DNA from: a virus
DNA length: 64,000 bases
IMG/VR virus record: IMGVR_UViG_3300044714_000074
Location: 1-64,000 of that record
Strand: one strand, 5' to 3'
The notes below the pieces were generated by a model. That model was given only the letters and a program-made list of their open reading frames with translations, was not told where the DNA came from and did not search any database. Positions 35,616 through 45,014 of the stretch are shown here, one piece after another. Each line of letters starts with the position of its first letter. Position 1 is the stretch's first letter. Position numbers and translations under genes: made by a program.

Positions 35616-35658
35616 GATTCGCTCCTCTCAGGGCGCCCGCAGCGCAAGGCTCCGTGGC

Positions 35659-36033
35659 TCACTGATAGGCGAACGAAACGACCTGACCGGTGCCGAGCTG
35701 AACCGCGATACCGACGAGGCAGGGAAACTCGATCGCAATGGGACCGACGGTCTCCGGGATAACCGCGACCTCGTTCGCCGTGGCGATCGCAGCCGTGGTC
35801 GCGCAATCGTTGATGGTGCCGGTGCCCGATCCCGCCACCAGGACGTTCGCGCGGACGATCGAGCCGGGAGCGGCCTTCAGGACGAACGGCGTTGAGCCGT
35901 TGGCGTACAGCTTCGTCTGCGTGCCGCTCAATGTGCTGATGGTGAGGTTGCCCGCGGCGTCGGCTTGCGCCGGGTTGGTCGTGCCGGCGGGGCGTTGGGC
36001 GTTCAACTGGACGGGGATCGGACCTTGCGGCAT
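35659..36033 (-). CDS. small beta-rich virion-like protein
   Basis: LKAAPG...GTINDC...IP...FPC..GI pattern; AAGGA RBS. Confidence 0.65.
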   Translation of the reverse strand: MPQGPIPVQLNAQRPAGTTNPAQADAAGNLTISTLSGTQTKLYANGSTPFVLKAAPGSIVRANVLVAGSGTGTINDCATTAAIATANEVAVIPETVGPIAIEFPCLVGIAVQLGTGQVVSFAYQ

Positions 36034-36058
36034 GGCGGATTCCTTTTCGTCGTTTGCA

Positions 36059-36994
36059 TCACGCCGGAGCGGTCATCGCCTCGGCGAATGGACACAGTCG
36101 CAACACTTCGTCGGCCACACTCACGTCCTCTGTAACAGAATCCGGATCGCCCTGCACGCAAATCCTGTGGCGGAAATTCCACCAGTGCATCGGCCGGGCT
36201 CCCCGGAGCGCCCAGGACAGGATTTGCCCGACGTCGATCGGCCACGGGTTGTCGCCCAAAACCTTGCTTTTCGGGGACATCTCGACGATCGCCATCTCGT
36301 CGGGGTCGGTGACCAGATGGATCTCGGAATGGCGGTAGTTGTCGACCAGGTCCATGTCGATCGTGCCGTCGAACTTGAGCGCGCGGTCCTTGACCACGGC
36401 TAAGGGATGAAGGTGGAAGGCCCGCAGGATGACCGAATCACCGTTTCGAAAGTAGATTCCCCACGGCAGATGGCATTTCCCGGTCGGCCAGTAGCAGGAG
36501 CGCGTGATCGGGTGCGGCCGCCGCAGCGACCAGGCCAGCAGGTCCCGCGCTGGAAGGGGCCCCGGCGCGCCTAGGAAGCCCGGCAGCGTGCGTGTCCCGC
36601 AGGTGACGATTGCTCGCTTGCCCTGGCGGAAACGCCACTCGGCGGCCACGAAGGCCTCCCTGGAGACCATTATATCGGCGTTGAGGAGGACGACCCGCTC
36701 GTTCGCCCTGGCGCTCTCGATCGCGTGGGCGTGGGCACCGGCCATCGCCCGCATCGGGTTCTTCGCCTTTTGCTCGGACGGCGCCGGGACAAGCGTCAGC
36801 TCGAGATCGCCGAGCGCCTTGGCGACGGCCACCGGATCGTCGGTCTGGACGACGTAGCGGACGTGGATCGAGCCGCGGTATTCGTCGTCGAGAGCGGCGA
36901 GCGCGGCGCGGTGGGTTCGCAGCACCGGGCCGAGAAACAGCTTCCGGTGATGATCGCCCCAGGCCGGGACGGCGACGATGAAGTCGCGGCTCAC
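36059..36994 (-). CDS. putative GT-A-like glycosyltransferase, paralogue 1
   Basis: VPAWG, QTD, LNADIMVS, FHLHP, TIDMD, IHLVTDPDE, EMSP. Confidence 0.55.
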   Translation of the reverse strand: MSRDFIVAVPAWGDHHRKLFLGPVLRTHRAALAALDDEYRGSIHVRYVVQTDDPVAVAKALGDLELTLVPAPSEQKAKNPMRAMAGAHAHAIESARANERVVLLNADIMVSREAFVAAEWRFRQGKRAIVTCGTRTLPGFLGAPGPLPARDLLAWSLRRPHPITRSCYWPTGKCHLPWGIYFRNGDSVILRAFHLHPLAVVKDRALKFDGTIDMDLVDNYRHSEIHLVTDPDEMAIVEMSPKSKVLGDNPWPIDVGQILSWALRGARPMHWWNFRHRICVQGDPDSVTEDVSVADEVLRLCPFAEAMTAPA

Positions 36995-37659
36995 CGCTTC
37001 GGTCCCACGCAGAGTGCGAGTCGGTAGTGGGCCATGGGCGAGAAGCCGGTATGAACAACCTCGTCCGACATCGAAAAAATAAATACGTTCTGGAAGAACC
37101 TTTGAAACGTATCTTGGAAGGCAGCGCCAGTCTTACAGTTGACGTGGCCGGCCCGACTTTGCGCCGAGGCGTGTGTTTGCGATTCGAGCGACGGGCACCC
37201 CGCAATAAAAACGCCATCGTCCCGGAGAGACCGCGTGATACTCGAAAGCGCCGCTATCTCCAGCGATGGCGCTATATGCTCGAGAACGTCAAGAGCATAG
37301 ATTGCCCGATAAAGGCGATTGGCGATCGGGCCATTGAGCGCAATATCGTGGACGATAAAGTTTAATGGCTCAGCCGCTTCGTCGGCATATTTTTTCCATG
37401 TCTCGTCAAAATCGACGAGGTCGAGATGATCGCCGACTTCGGCCGCTACGATTCTTGAACCAAAACCATCCCCGCAGCCGATTTCCGCGACCGGCGACAT
37501 ACCACCGATCATCTTCGCCACGAACTTGTAGCGCGCCAGCGTGAAGACAAGTCGCTTCGGATCGCGCCGGTAGGCCTCGCTCGCCATCGGCCCTAGCGTG
37601 ACCGGCTCGGCACCGAAGCAGGCGGCGTATTGCGGCTCTTTGGTCTTCACGGCTTCCAT
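36991..37659 (-). CDS. class I SAM-dependent methyltransferase
   Basis: ARYKF, VAEIGCGDGFG, ALDVLEHI, GHVN. Confidence 0.9.
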   Translation of the reverse strand: MEAVKTKEPQYAACFGAEPVTLGPMASEAYRRDPKRLVFTLARYKFVAKMIGGMSPVAEIGCGDGFGSRIVAAEVGDHLDLVDFDETWKKYADEAAEPLNFIVHDIALNGPIANRLYRAIYALDVLEHIAPSLEIAALSSITRSLRDDGVFIAGCPSLESQTHASAQSRAGHVNCKTGAAFQDTFQRFFQNVFIFSMSDEVVHTGFSPMAHYRLALCVGPKR

Positions 37660-38240
37660 CGGTGCACTCCCTGTTTGCGTCCGATTCCAACATCGACCAT
37701 CAGCGCGGCCAAGCTGTCAACCGTTTCACCAGTCACGCGCGTCGGCCGAATGATTGCCCCGTCGATCGCCTGGACGTAGGACTCGACCTGCGCTTTCTGG
37801 CGGGCGTAGGCGGTCCCGCCGCACCATTCGACGGCGTCGCTGCTGACGTAGACGATGAACGGCGAGGATTCAGAAAACTCCCGTTCCTTCTTGATCCACT
37901 CTAGCATCGTCACTTGGTAGCGCCGCGCGATAGCGATTTGCGCGTCGACGTTGACGACCCACGATTCGGCGGTCCCCTCGCAACTCGCAAAGCCCGGCTT
38001 CGCGGCAACGAGATAAACGACCTCTGCCGGCGGCAGCACGTTGGGATCGTCCGCGCTGAGATCGAAGAACAGCTTGCCGTCCGGCATCATCCAGCCGGCG
38101 TGCGGTCTGATTCGCGGGACCAGCGGGCCGGGCGGCTCCCGGCGCGTCGTCGCCAGAAAGTCGATCCCGCGCTTCTCCAGCTCCGCGCAAAGCGCGGTGC
38201 CGATCAGCCCATTGCCGCCGATCACGAGATGGCCGCTCAC
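37647..38240 (-). CDS. RmlD-like NAD(P)-binding sugar-nucleotide reductase/epimerase (short)
   Basis: HLVIGGNGLIG, VN, YVSSDAV, YARQK (YxxxK), IIRP. Confidence 0.82.
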   Translation of the reverse strand: MSGHLVIGGNGLIGTALCAELEKRGIDFLATTRREPPGPLVPRIRPHAGWMMPDGKLFFDLSADDPNVLPPAEVVYLVAAKPGFASCEGTAESWVVNVDAQIAIARRYQVTMLEWIKKEREFSESSPFIVYVSSDAVEWCGGTAYARQKAQVESYVQAIDGAIIRPTRVTGETVDSLAALMVDVGIGRKQGVHRWKP

Positions 38241-38932
38241 AGCCGGCGCTCCAGGTTGTGCTTCAGCGCGACCTCGTAGCCGGGTGCCGTCTCGCGGGCT
38301 CCGGCGTCGCGGCGAAATAGCGCGACGACCGCGCGGGCACGCAGCACCGTCGTCGGCATCTCCGCGAACGGCGCGTCGTCGAGGTACGCTGTCGCGACCG
38401 TCATGCGGGTTTCGATCCGAAGCCGAACCGTCGCGCCGCGGCGAACCTCGCAGGTCCCTCCGCCGCCGAAGGACAGTCGACCATCCTCGACCAGGAAGCC
38501 GAACCCAGTTGGCATCAGCGCTGGCATGGCGCCATCATCGAAACCGAAGAATAGCGAAATGTCTTTCGTGCGGTCGAAGCGGAGCCGCGTCATCGCGACG
38601 TTCGCGCCGAGCGCCGTCCGCCAGGAGAAGGCCTGCAGCACCGCGACGCCGTCCATCTCCATCGTCTTGCGGACCATCTCGGAATCATTGAAGCGCTCGA
38701 TCGCCGCTGATCGTTCCGGATCGGTGTCCGGCGTGCCGAGGAACCAGTCGAATATCTTGACGAAGGAGCCCGGCAGTTCCGGCGGCGTCACCAGATGCCA
38801 GTCCGCCGGCGTCAGACCACGCGCCTGATAGAACACGGTCGTCACCGGATCCAAGAACATTTGCCCCAGATGCGCCGGCTGAACGATGCCACGCGGATCA
38901 TAGACCGTGACGTCACGAATCATCTCGTTCAT
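38237..38932 (-). CDS. hypothetical protein
   Basis: Coupled overlaps on both sides. Confidence 0.65.
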   Translation of the reverse strand: MNEMIRDVTVYDPRGIVQPAHLGQMFLDPVTTVFYQARGLTPADWHLVTPPELPGSFVKIFDWFLGTPDTDPERSAAIERFNDSEMVRKTMEMDGVAVLQAFSWRTALGANVAMTRLRFDRTKDISLFFGFDDGAMPALMPTGFGFLVEDGRLSFGGGGTCEVRRGATVRLRIETRMTVATAYLDDAPFAEMPTTVLRARAVVALFRRDAGARETAPGYEVALKHNLERRL

Positions 38933-39966
38933 GCCGCAAGTCCACCGACGTAGAAGGTCGGGACCGCCGACGTGATGATCTGGCGGGCGATGTCGCGCAC
39001 CCGGTTCTGGTGATACGAGATTTCAACCTCGAAGGTCTTCTTCATCGCGATCGTCGCTATCTCGCTTTGCGTCCGCTTCTCGTCGCGCGGCACCGGCGAA
39101 CTCATCAGCCCGAACAGGTTGGTGTCGAGACTGTACTGATTGAGGCAGTCGAGGAAGTCGAGCGCGTTATAGTTCCGCGTGCCCCACAGCGTGATTCTCA
39201 CCCGCTCCGCGCAAAGTTGAGAATGCGACGAGGTCTTACCGCCGATGTGCGGCGCCATCGCCAAGGCCCGCGTGCTCTCCGGGAAGATGTGCACGGTGCC
39301 GAACGGCGGCGTGAAATTCTCCGGAGCGAGGAACGACGGGAAGAGCGTCAGGCTCGGATTGCCGAAGCCGTAGGGCGGATCGTAGCCGTTCATCCCGAGC
39401 CATGCTGGCAAACTGTCGGAGACGACGACGTTGCGCGAGTCAAAGCCGGATAGATTGTCGACGATCTGTGTCTCCATGTCGGGATAGACGGCGAATCCGA
39501 CGTAATGCCAGAGGTCGGCCTGCCGGTAGAACGACGAGCGGCTCGAGAAGGCGAACTTGAGCCCGTGGTGCTCCGCGATCCAGAGCTCGTCGGGAGCGAC
39601 ATCGTTGAGATCGTTGATCTCCTGAAGCGACGTGAAGACCATCCGGTTCGCGGCGTAGGTCTCCGCCTCCTCCTGGCGGGTGTCGGTCGCGTAGTGCAGC
39701 GATCCCTGCGCGATGAAAAACGGGGCCGCGATCTTGATGTTCGGCGACTGATTGAAGCCGGCGCGGTTGAAGCCGGCGGCGTTGTAGATCGCCGAGTTGC
39801 CAAGCGTCTCGGCGCGGACGAAAAACACGTAGCCATCAAGTGGAAGAACCAGACGCCTGTACAAAGTGAATAAAATTTCTTGATTCAGCGAGATCGCGTT
39901 GACGCCCTCGGCGAGATCGGAGCCGAGCGGCGTATCAGCGGTGAGGGCTTCCTCGGCGTTCGCCAC
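38929..39966 (-). CDS. head closure/tail completion protein
   Basis: F..Y.R.VLPLDGYVF, GSLHY, FYRQA.LWHY.G, DEKR.Q.E. Confidence 0.7.
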   Translation of the reverse strand: MANAEEALTADTPLGSDLAEGVNAISLNQEILFTLYRRLVLPLDGYVFFVRAETLGNSAIYNAAGFNRAGFNQSPNIKIAAPFFIAQGSLHYATDTRQEEAETYAANRMVFTSLQEINDLNDVAPDELWIAEHHGLKFAFSSRSSFYRQADLWHYVGFAVYPDMETQIVDNLSGFDSRNVVVSDSLPAWLGMNGYDPPYGFGNPSLTLFPSFLAPENFTPPFGTVHIFPESTRALAMAPHIGGKTSSHSQLCAERVRITLWGTRNYNALDFLDCLNQYSLDTNLFGLMSSPVPRDEKRTQSEIATIAMKKTFEVEISYHQNRVRDIARQIITSAVPTFYVGGLAA

Positions 39967-39969
39967 GGC

Positions 39970-40323
39970 TCAGCCCTTCTTCCGGCTGCCGGCCTTCGCC
40001 TCCGCGTATTCCCACCCGGCGCGCTGAAGATGGCTCGCCGGCCACGCCAGCCGGTTGCCCTTTGCCGGCCGCGTCGAAATCCAGGACTGATCGGCTTGGT
40101 TCCACCTGAAGGCGATAGGATCAGCACCCGTCGGCGGCTTCAGCATGTGGACCGAGCCGTCTGCGGTGCCGGTCGGCGGCAAGCAGTTCTTCTTCCCGTT
40201 CGCTTCGGGCGGCAGATCTGGCGGTCCGGAATGGACGAGGTAGCCGATGCCGGGGACGAACTGGTGGTGCGTCGGTCTCTTCATCGCCTCGACGCGCGAG
40301 GCGAGTGGCGGCGTGAAGACCAT
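39970..40323 (-). CDS. hypothetical protein
   Basis: ACAGGGAG RBS; in the operon. Confidence 0.6.
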   Translation of the reverse strand: MVFTPPLASRVEAMKRPTHHQFVPGIGYLVHSGPPDLPPEANGKKNCLPPTGTADGSVHMLKPPTGADPIAFRWNQADQSWISTRPAKGNRLAWPASHLQRAGWEYAEAKAGSRKKG

Positions 40324-40338
40324 TGCGGCGACTCCCTG

Positions 40339-40800
40339 TCAATCTATCCAAGCGTGAAACGATGCCTGATACAAGCCCGTATCGATGAAGCTAGGCCGTC
40401 TCGGACCTTTTCTCAACTTGAGCCTGTGGTTGACGCCTTTTAGCGCCGCCTGGGTCGGCACGCCGGGATAGCCAAGTGCTTCCATCTCCTTGTTCGATAG
40501 AAACATCTTGAAGCGGTCCTCGATCTCCGAAGTCGCGGTGCCAAAAGGATCGTTCGACGGCGGCGCGCCGAGCAGGACGTTCTCCAGTGCGCCTTCCAGG
40601 GAGTTCTCCAAGTAGCCGGCGATGTCGGCCTGCCGCTCCTGAAAGAAGATTTCCATGATGTGGTAGCGGTTCTCAAGAAATTCAGCCACGTCGCCAGTCG
40701 TCACTGTGCTGGCCGAAGTCTTGCGGCGACGACGCCCCTTCCGCGGTGGCGGCTGGGCTTGGTTGTAAGGCAAATCTGCGACACCTAAATGGAGGATCAC
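40339..40800 (-). CDS. neck/tail completion protein
   Basis: LHLGV.D.PY, TTGDVA..LE..Y, GVPT.AAL.G, RPSFIDTGLY. Confidence 0.75.
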   Translation of the reverse strand: MILHLGVADLPYNQAQPPPRKGRRRRKTSASTVTTGDVAEFLENRYHIMEIFFQERQADIAGYLENSLEGALENVLLGAPPSNDPFGTATSEIEDRFKMFLSNKEMEALGYPGVPTQAALKGVNHRLKLRKGPRRPSFIDTGLYQASFHAWID

Positions 40801-41594
40801 TGCACTGTCTCTGCATATCGCCAATGATATTTATAGGCGGAACGCCAATGGCCGCGTTTTCGACATACCGCAACAATAGCAGATGGTGAGGCTTTGGACT
40901 CGCCCTTCGATTTAAGCCAATCGACTGCAGCACGAACGGTCAAAAATAATTCTCCTGTCTCTTCGCAAATCACCTTTCTAGCCATTGGATGATTCCCACC
41001 ATGATAAGTGGGCGGACGATTTCCATTCTCAAGAGAGATACGACGTTTCTTTTCTCTATATTCCTTTTTTGAGGCTGTCATGATTATTGACGCATTGCGA
41101 CGCGCAATCATCTCTAGGTTTTTATTTAGTCTGCGAGCGACCTCTTGTTTTTTAGGAAGCACTCGTTGAGCGCTTTCAACCATTGCAGCTGTATGTTTTG
41201 CTTTATATTCCGGGTCTTTATATCTCAACAACATAGTTTCGCTTCGCCGCTGCTTTACTTCCGGTAATTTATTTGTCGCCCTAAGTGTTGCGGCGCGTTT
41301 TTGAATAAGTTCTGGCACTAATCGAATGCCATCTCCACCATTCGTCAAATTTACTAGCCTCGCCCCGAGAGCCCTGAACTGAGCGATCAGCTTCATTTCA
41401 TGATCAAAAGCGTTTTTCTCTTTGGCCCAATACTCAACAATTTCGACGATGAAACCTTTTTCCGCTGCGCGTTCACTCCACAATTTGCTTCGCCGGTTGG
41501 TATCCCAAGCTCTTTTGCGCGTTCCCTTCCCTACATAGAAAACGCCAGCGATTCTGCTGACACCAGATTGCCTATGAATGTAAGTGTAAAACAT
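40797..41594 (-). mobile_element. free-standing GIY-YIG homing endonuclease with NUMOD-like C-terminus
   Basis: FYTYIH...FYVGKG...RA...E...N.TNGGDG; KVICEETGE.F; strongly AT-rich. Confidence 0.85.
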
Positions 41595-41677
41595 CGGGCC
41601 ATTATAGCTCGATTCCCTCAAAAACACCTAAGTGAAGCGTCAGCATCGTCACGCCGCCTTGTTGAGCCACGCCGGGG

Positions 41678-44600
41678 TCATCGGTAGGTCGCCAAGATTC
41701 CGCTCGGGGTGACGTTCATAATCTGGCTGGAAAACGGAATGTCGAATATGGCACTCGCACACTTCGTGACAAGGGCCGGTGCGATGGTCGGTACGATGAG
41801 ATCGTTGGCGCCAGCTAGAATCGTAGGCGTCGCGTTGTATGTGGCGCAATAGACCAAGGCGCTTCCCTTAACATAAGGGACGGTGCTCACGCCGATTTTC
41901 TGGACGGCGTTGCTCGCCAATCCGGTGAATAAGTAGACGTAAGCACCGCGCGAGATGCCGGCACCGCTTCCCCAATTGATAGTGACCGTGACAGTTCCCG
42001 AATTGGCCGGGATCACGGCGCTGAAGATGAACTCGTTGGTACTGTTGCTTACGTCCGGGACGCTGATCGTGATGTTGCCAGCCCAGCCGGGGCCGGTTCC
42101 GCCGCTAAGCACGACGGTGCTGATCCCCGGCGAGTTCTGTGCCCCGCAGGCAAAGACGGCTAACCCTGCGGCATTGTTTCCGAACGCGGCGGTGAAGGTC
42201 TGCGCGGCTGGCGTCCCGTTGTAGAAATTTGATGCGATAAACGAATAGGTACCAGTCGCCGCTAGGGTGGGATCAACATATGGACCGAGCACGTTCTGTT
42301 CGATGATGCCCTGCCATTTGGCAGTGCTCTCATCACCGGGAAAATACCGCAGGCCGATCCATGCCAACGAACCGAGTTCAACAAATTGCGCTGGGTACGG
42401 CGCGTTGCCGCCGATCTGGCCGCCGACTCCCCCGCCGCAGGCTTCATAAAGCGCCGCATAGCATGCCTCTACGGTATAGGAACCAGATTGTCCGGTGTCC
42501 CAGGCCCAGTTCATCATATAGCTGAGAAATTGGCTGTTGCCTCCAAGCCCAGAACCGAGAGAGCCCCACAAATTGCTGTCGAGGGCGCCCCCAAGACTTG
42601 AGCCGCCCTCATAGAAGCCGAGTCGAATAGGCCCGGTGCCATAGATCACCCCGAAGGTGTCGGAGATCAAAGCCTGCTGCTGGATGAACGACGGCACGCT
42701 GTTGGCGAACGTTGGCGAGAGGCCGCTGCCAGACGCCGTAGTGGCGTAGCCGTTATCGGCGGCGCCAATCATGATAGACTCGGAGATTTGCTCCGCGAAA
42801 TACGTATAGATCGTAGGGTATTGGCTTGGGCTTGACGTGTGATTCGCGGCGCCGTTGTCCATCAGATCAAACAGCAGACCGTTGGCCGCATAGCCGGAAT
42901 ACTGGCCCGTGTTCGAATAGGTCAGACCTGTCGTGTTGATCGCGCCGCTTCCGCTGTTGCCGCCGTAGTTGGTGAACGAGAAGCTTGATGTCGTCGCCGC
43001 CGAGAGGACCACGTCCTGATTGTTGAGCAGCGAGCCGATTGTCCCCGCGCCGGTGTTGCTAAAGAAAAGCCGGACGATTTGTGCGGCGGTCAAGCCGGCG
43101 GCTGTTGCGGTCGTCGCTTGGCTTGTCTGATAGACGCCGGCGCCGCCGGCTGTGCCGGAAATCTGGCCGACGATGAAGGTGCCAGCAGGCACGCCGCTGC
43201 CGGTCAATAGAGCGCCCGGCGCGATGGTGCCGGTAACGCTGGTGATGGCAAGCTGGTTGCCGCTTGCCGTGCCGGTGAAAGTCGCTAAGCTGAACGGATT
43301 GCCGCCAGTACCGCACTGGCAGGTTGTCGTGGTCCCAACGCTTACGCTGGAAAATGAGCCGTTGTTGGCGCCGATCCCGGTGCTGCTCTCTCCATTGGCG
43401 AAATAAACCGCCATGTCCATTTCGTCGAACAAATTGCTTAAATTTAACCCGGCCGGAACGCCGCTGACACCGGGATTGTTGATAGCATACAGGGCGCCGG
43501 CAAACCCGGTCGTCGATACCGCTATGTTGGTTGCTTGAGTGCCAAGAGCACCGCGCCAACGCGACCGCTGCGTCGGTCCATAGACCGCGTTGACGATAGC
43601 CCAAAGCTGCGCAGTTCGGTAGCCGGCAAAGGCATAGGCTTGGCCCGAGGTCCCGGTGCCGGGATAAATCTGCGCCTCGCAGTAGTAAAAATTACCCTGC
43701 GCGAAGTTCCAATTTTCGTTGCCATATTCGAACTTGACCCAAAGATTGGAGTTTAAGTTCGATTGAAAAAATTGCGCGATAGCCTGCATCCCGGCATTCG
43801 TCATCGCGTTCGGGATGTTGTAGTGGACGTTGCAGCCGGTCAGGTTGGCGAGCTGACAGATGATGCTCGGATGCACACCGCTTTTTGGTCCATAGGGGCC
43901 GTTATACGAGCCGACGATGGCCAACGAAGTCATCGCCTCAGACGCGACGGTCTGAGAAATGTTGACCTGGTAGGTTCCGTTCGACCCAGTCGAGCCCGTG
44001 AGCTGCTGGACGACTACGGTTCCGGCCGCGAGCGCTCCGGTCGTATCGGATAACGCGACGTTCGGCCCGACGTTGCCCACATCGGCCGCAACGAGCCCGC
44101 TCACTGTCAACGTCGTACCGGAGATTGCACCCGTGAAGTAGGCTTGTCCTCGACCGTATTGAGCAATTGAGTTGTAGTTTGCGTCGGCAAACTGCGAGAT
44201 GTCACTGATCCCGCCGCCATCAATGATGTCGTTCCAATCCATGAAACGCAGGACGCCGAACGGTTGAACGTCGGCAACCCAGTCAGGATTAAAGTATTGC
44301 CCGGCCGCGACGTTGGCCGCATACTTGGACTGGAAGATTTTTATGTTATGCGGCGGGTCGCTTTTGTTGGTAACCGCGAACTGGACGCCGAGATTGTTCA
44401 CCCCGGTCGTACCTAGCGTTATTGTGCCGCTGTTGGCGCCGAACGACGACGAGCCGCCGCTGCCGGGGTTCCCGGTCAATGTCGCCGTCGCGGTGCCGCT
44501 CCATTCGACGGTGAACGTCGCGCCATACCACCACGGATTGCCGCTTAACGAAATGTATTGATAGAACGGTGTCGGCGTGAAAAAGATGCGACTTATAGAG

Positions 44601-44929
44601 GTCACATCGGACGGGCACGGGTTGTTCAATTCCCCGGTGCTCGGGTTGAAGTAGGCGGTCCCGCCGCCGGGCGATGCGGTGCCCACCGCGTTCCACGCCG
44701 CTTGACTATTTACCGTCCCGTTGAGTGTGCTGACGACGGTAGTCGTAGAGGCCGTCAGCCACCAGTTTAGAAATGGCACCTCGCCGGTATAGTAGGAAAC
44801 GCCGCCGACATTCATCAGCATGCCGCCGCTGGTCTGTGGCGGGATTCCGTGAACAGGCCATGCTGCGGCTGGCGACGTTGCGACCAGCGTCGCGGCCAGC
44901 GTGGCGGCCAGGAACTTGCGGCGCGACAT
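41678..44929 (-). CDS. large Tat-signal glycoside-hydrolase-like protein with virion-type beta modules
   Basis: MSRRKFLAATLAATLVATSPAAA-W; FNPDW...LRFMDW, YNIP, FEYGNENWN, FYEGG; an alternative GTG start near 45013 is possible. Confidence 0.7.
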   Translation of the reverse strand: MSRRKFLAATLAATLVATSPAAAWPVHGIPPQTSGGMLMNVGGVSYYTGEVPFLNWWLTASTTTVVSTLNGTVNSQAAWNAVGTASPGGGTAYFNPSTGELNNPCPSDVTSISRIFFTPTPFYQYISLSGNPWWYGATFTVEWSGTATATLTGNPGSGGSSSFGANSGTITLGTTGVNNLGVQFAVTNKSDPPHNIKIFQSKYAANVAAGQYFNPDWVADVQPFGVLRFMDWNDIIDGGGISDISQFADANYNSIAQYGRGQAYFTGAISGTTLTVSGLVAADVGNVGPNVALSDTTGALAAGTVVVQQLTGSTGSNGTYQVNISQTVASEAMTSLAIVGSYNGPYGPKSGVHPSIICQLANLTGCNVHYNIPNAMTNAGMQAIAQFFQSNLNSNLWVKFEYGNENWNFAQGNFYYCEAQIYPGTGTSGQAYAFAGYRTAQLWAIVNAVYGPTQRSRWRGALGTQATNIAVSTTGFAGALYAINNPGVSGVPAGLNLSNLFDEMDMAVYFANGESSTGIGANNGSFSSVSVGTTTTCQCGTGGNPFSLATFTGTASGNQLAITSVTGTIAPGALLTGSGVPAGTFIVGQISGTAGGAGVYQTSQATTATAAGLTAAQIVRLFFSNTGAGTIGSLLNNQDVVLSAATTSSFSFTNYGGNSGSGAINTTGLTYSNTGQYSGYAANGLLFDLMDNGAANHTSSPSQYPTIYTYFAEQISESIMIGAADNGYATTASGSGLSPTFANSVPSFIQQQALISDTFGVIYGTGPIRLGFYEGGSSLGGALDSNLWGSLGSGLGGNSQFLSYMMNWAWDTGQSGSYTVEACYAALYEACGGGVGGQIGGNAPYPAQFVELGSLAWIGLRYFPGDESTAKWQGIIEQNVLGPYVDPTLAATGTYSFIASNFYNGTPAAQTFTAAFGNNAAGLAVFACGAQNSPGISTVVLSGGTGPGWAGNITISVPDVSNSTNEFIFSAVIPANSGTVTVTINWGSGAGISRGAYVYLFTGLASNAVQKIGVSTVPYVKGSALVYCATYNATPTILAGANDLIVPTIAPALVTKCASAIFDIPFSSQIMNVTPSGILATYR

Positions 44930-45014
44930 TCCGCGCCGCTCCCGGCGCGACGTGCTTACCGCGAGGAAGGTTGATACGTAGAGCGAGGCGATAAATTTTT
45001 TGATTTCGAACACA

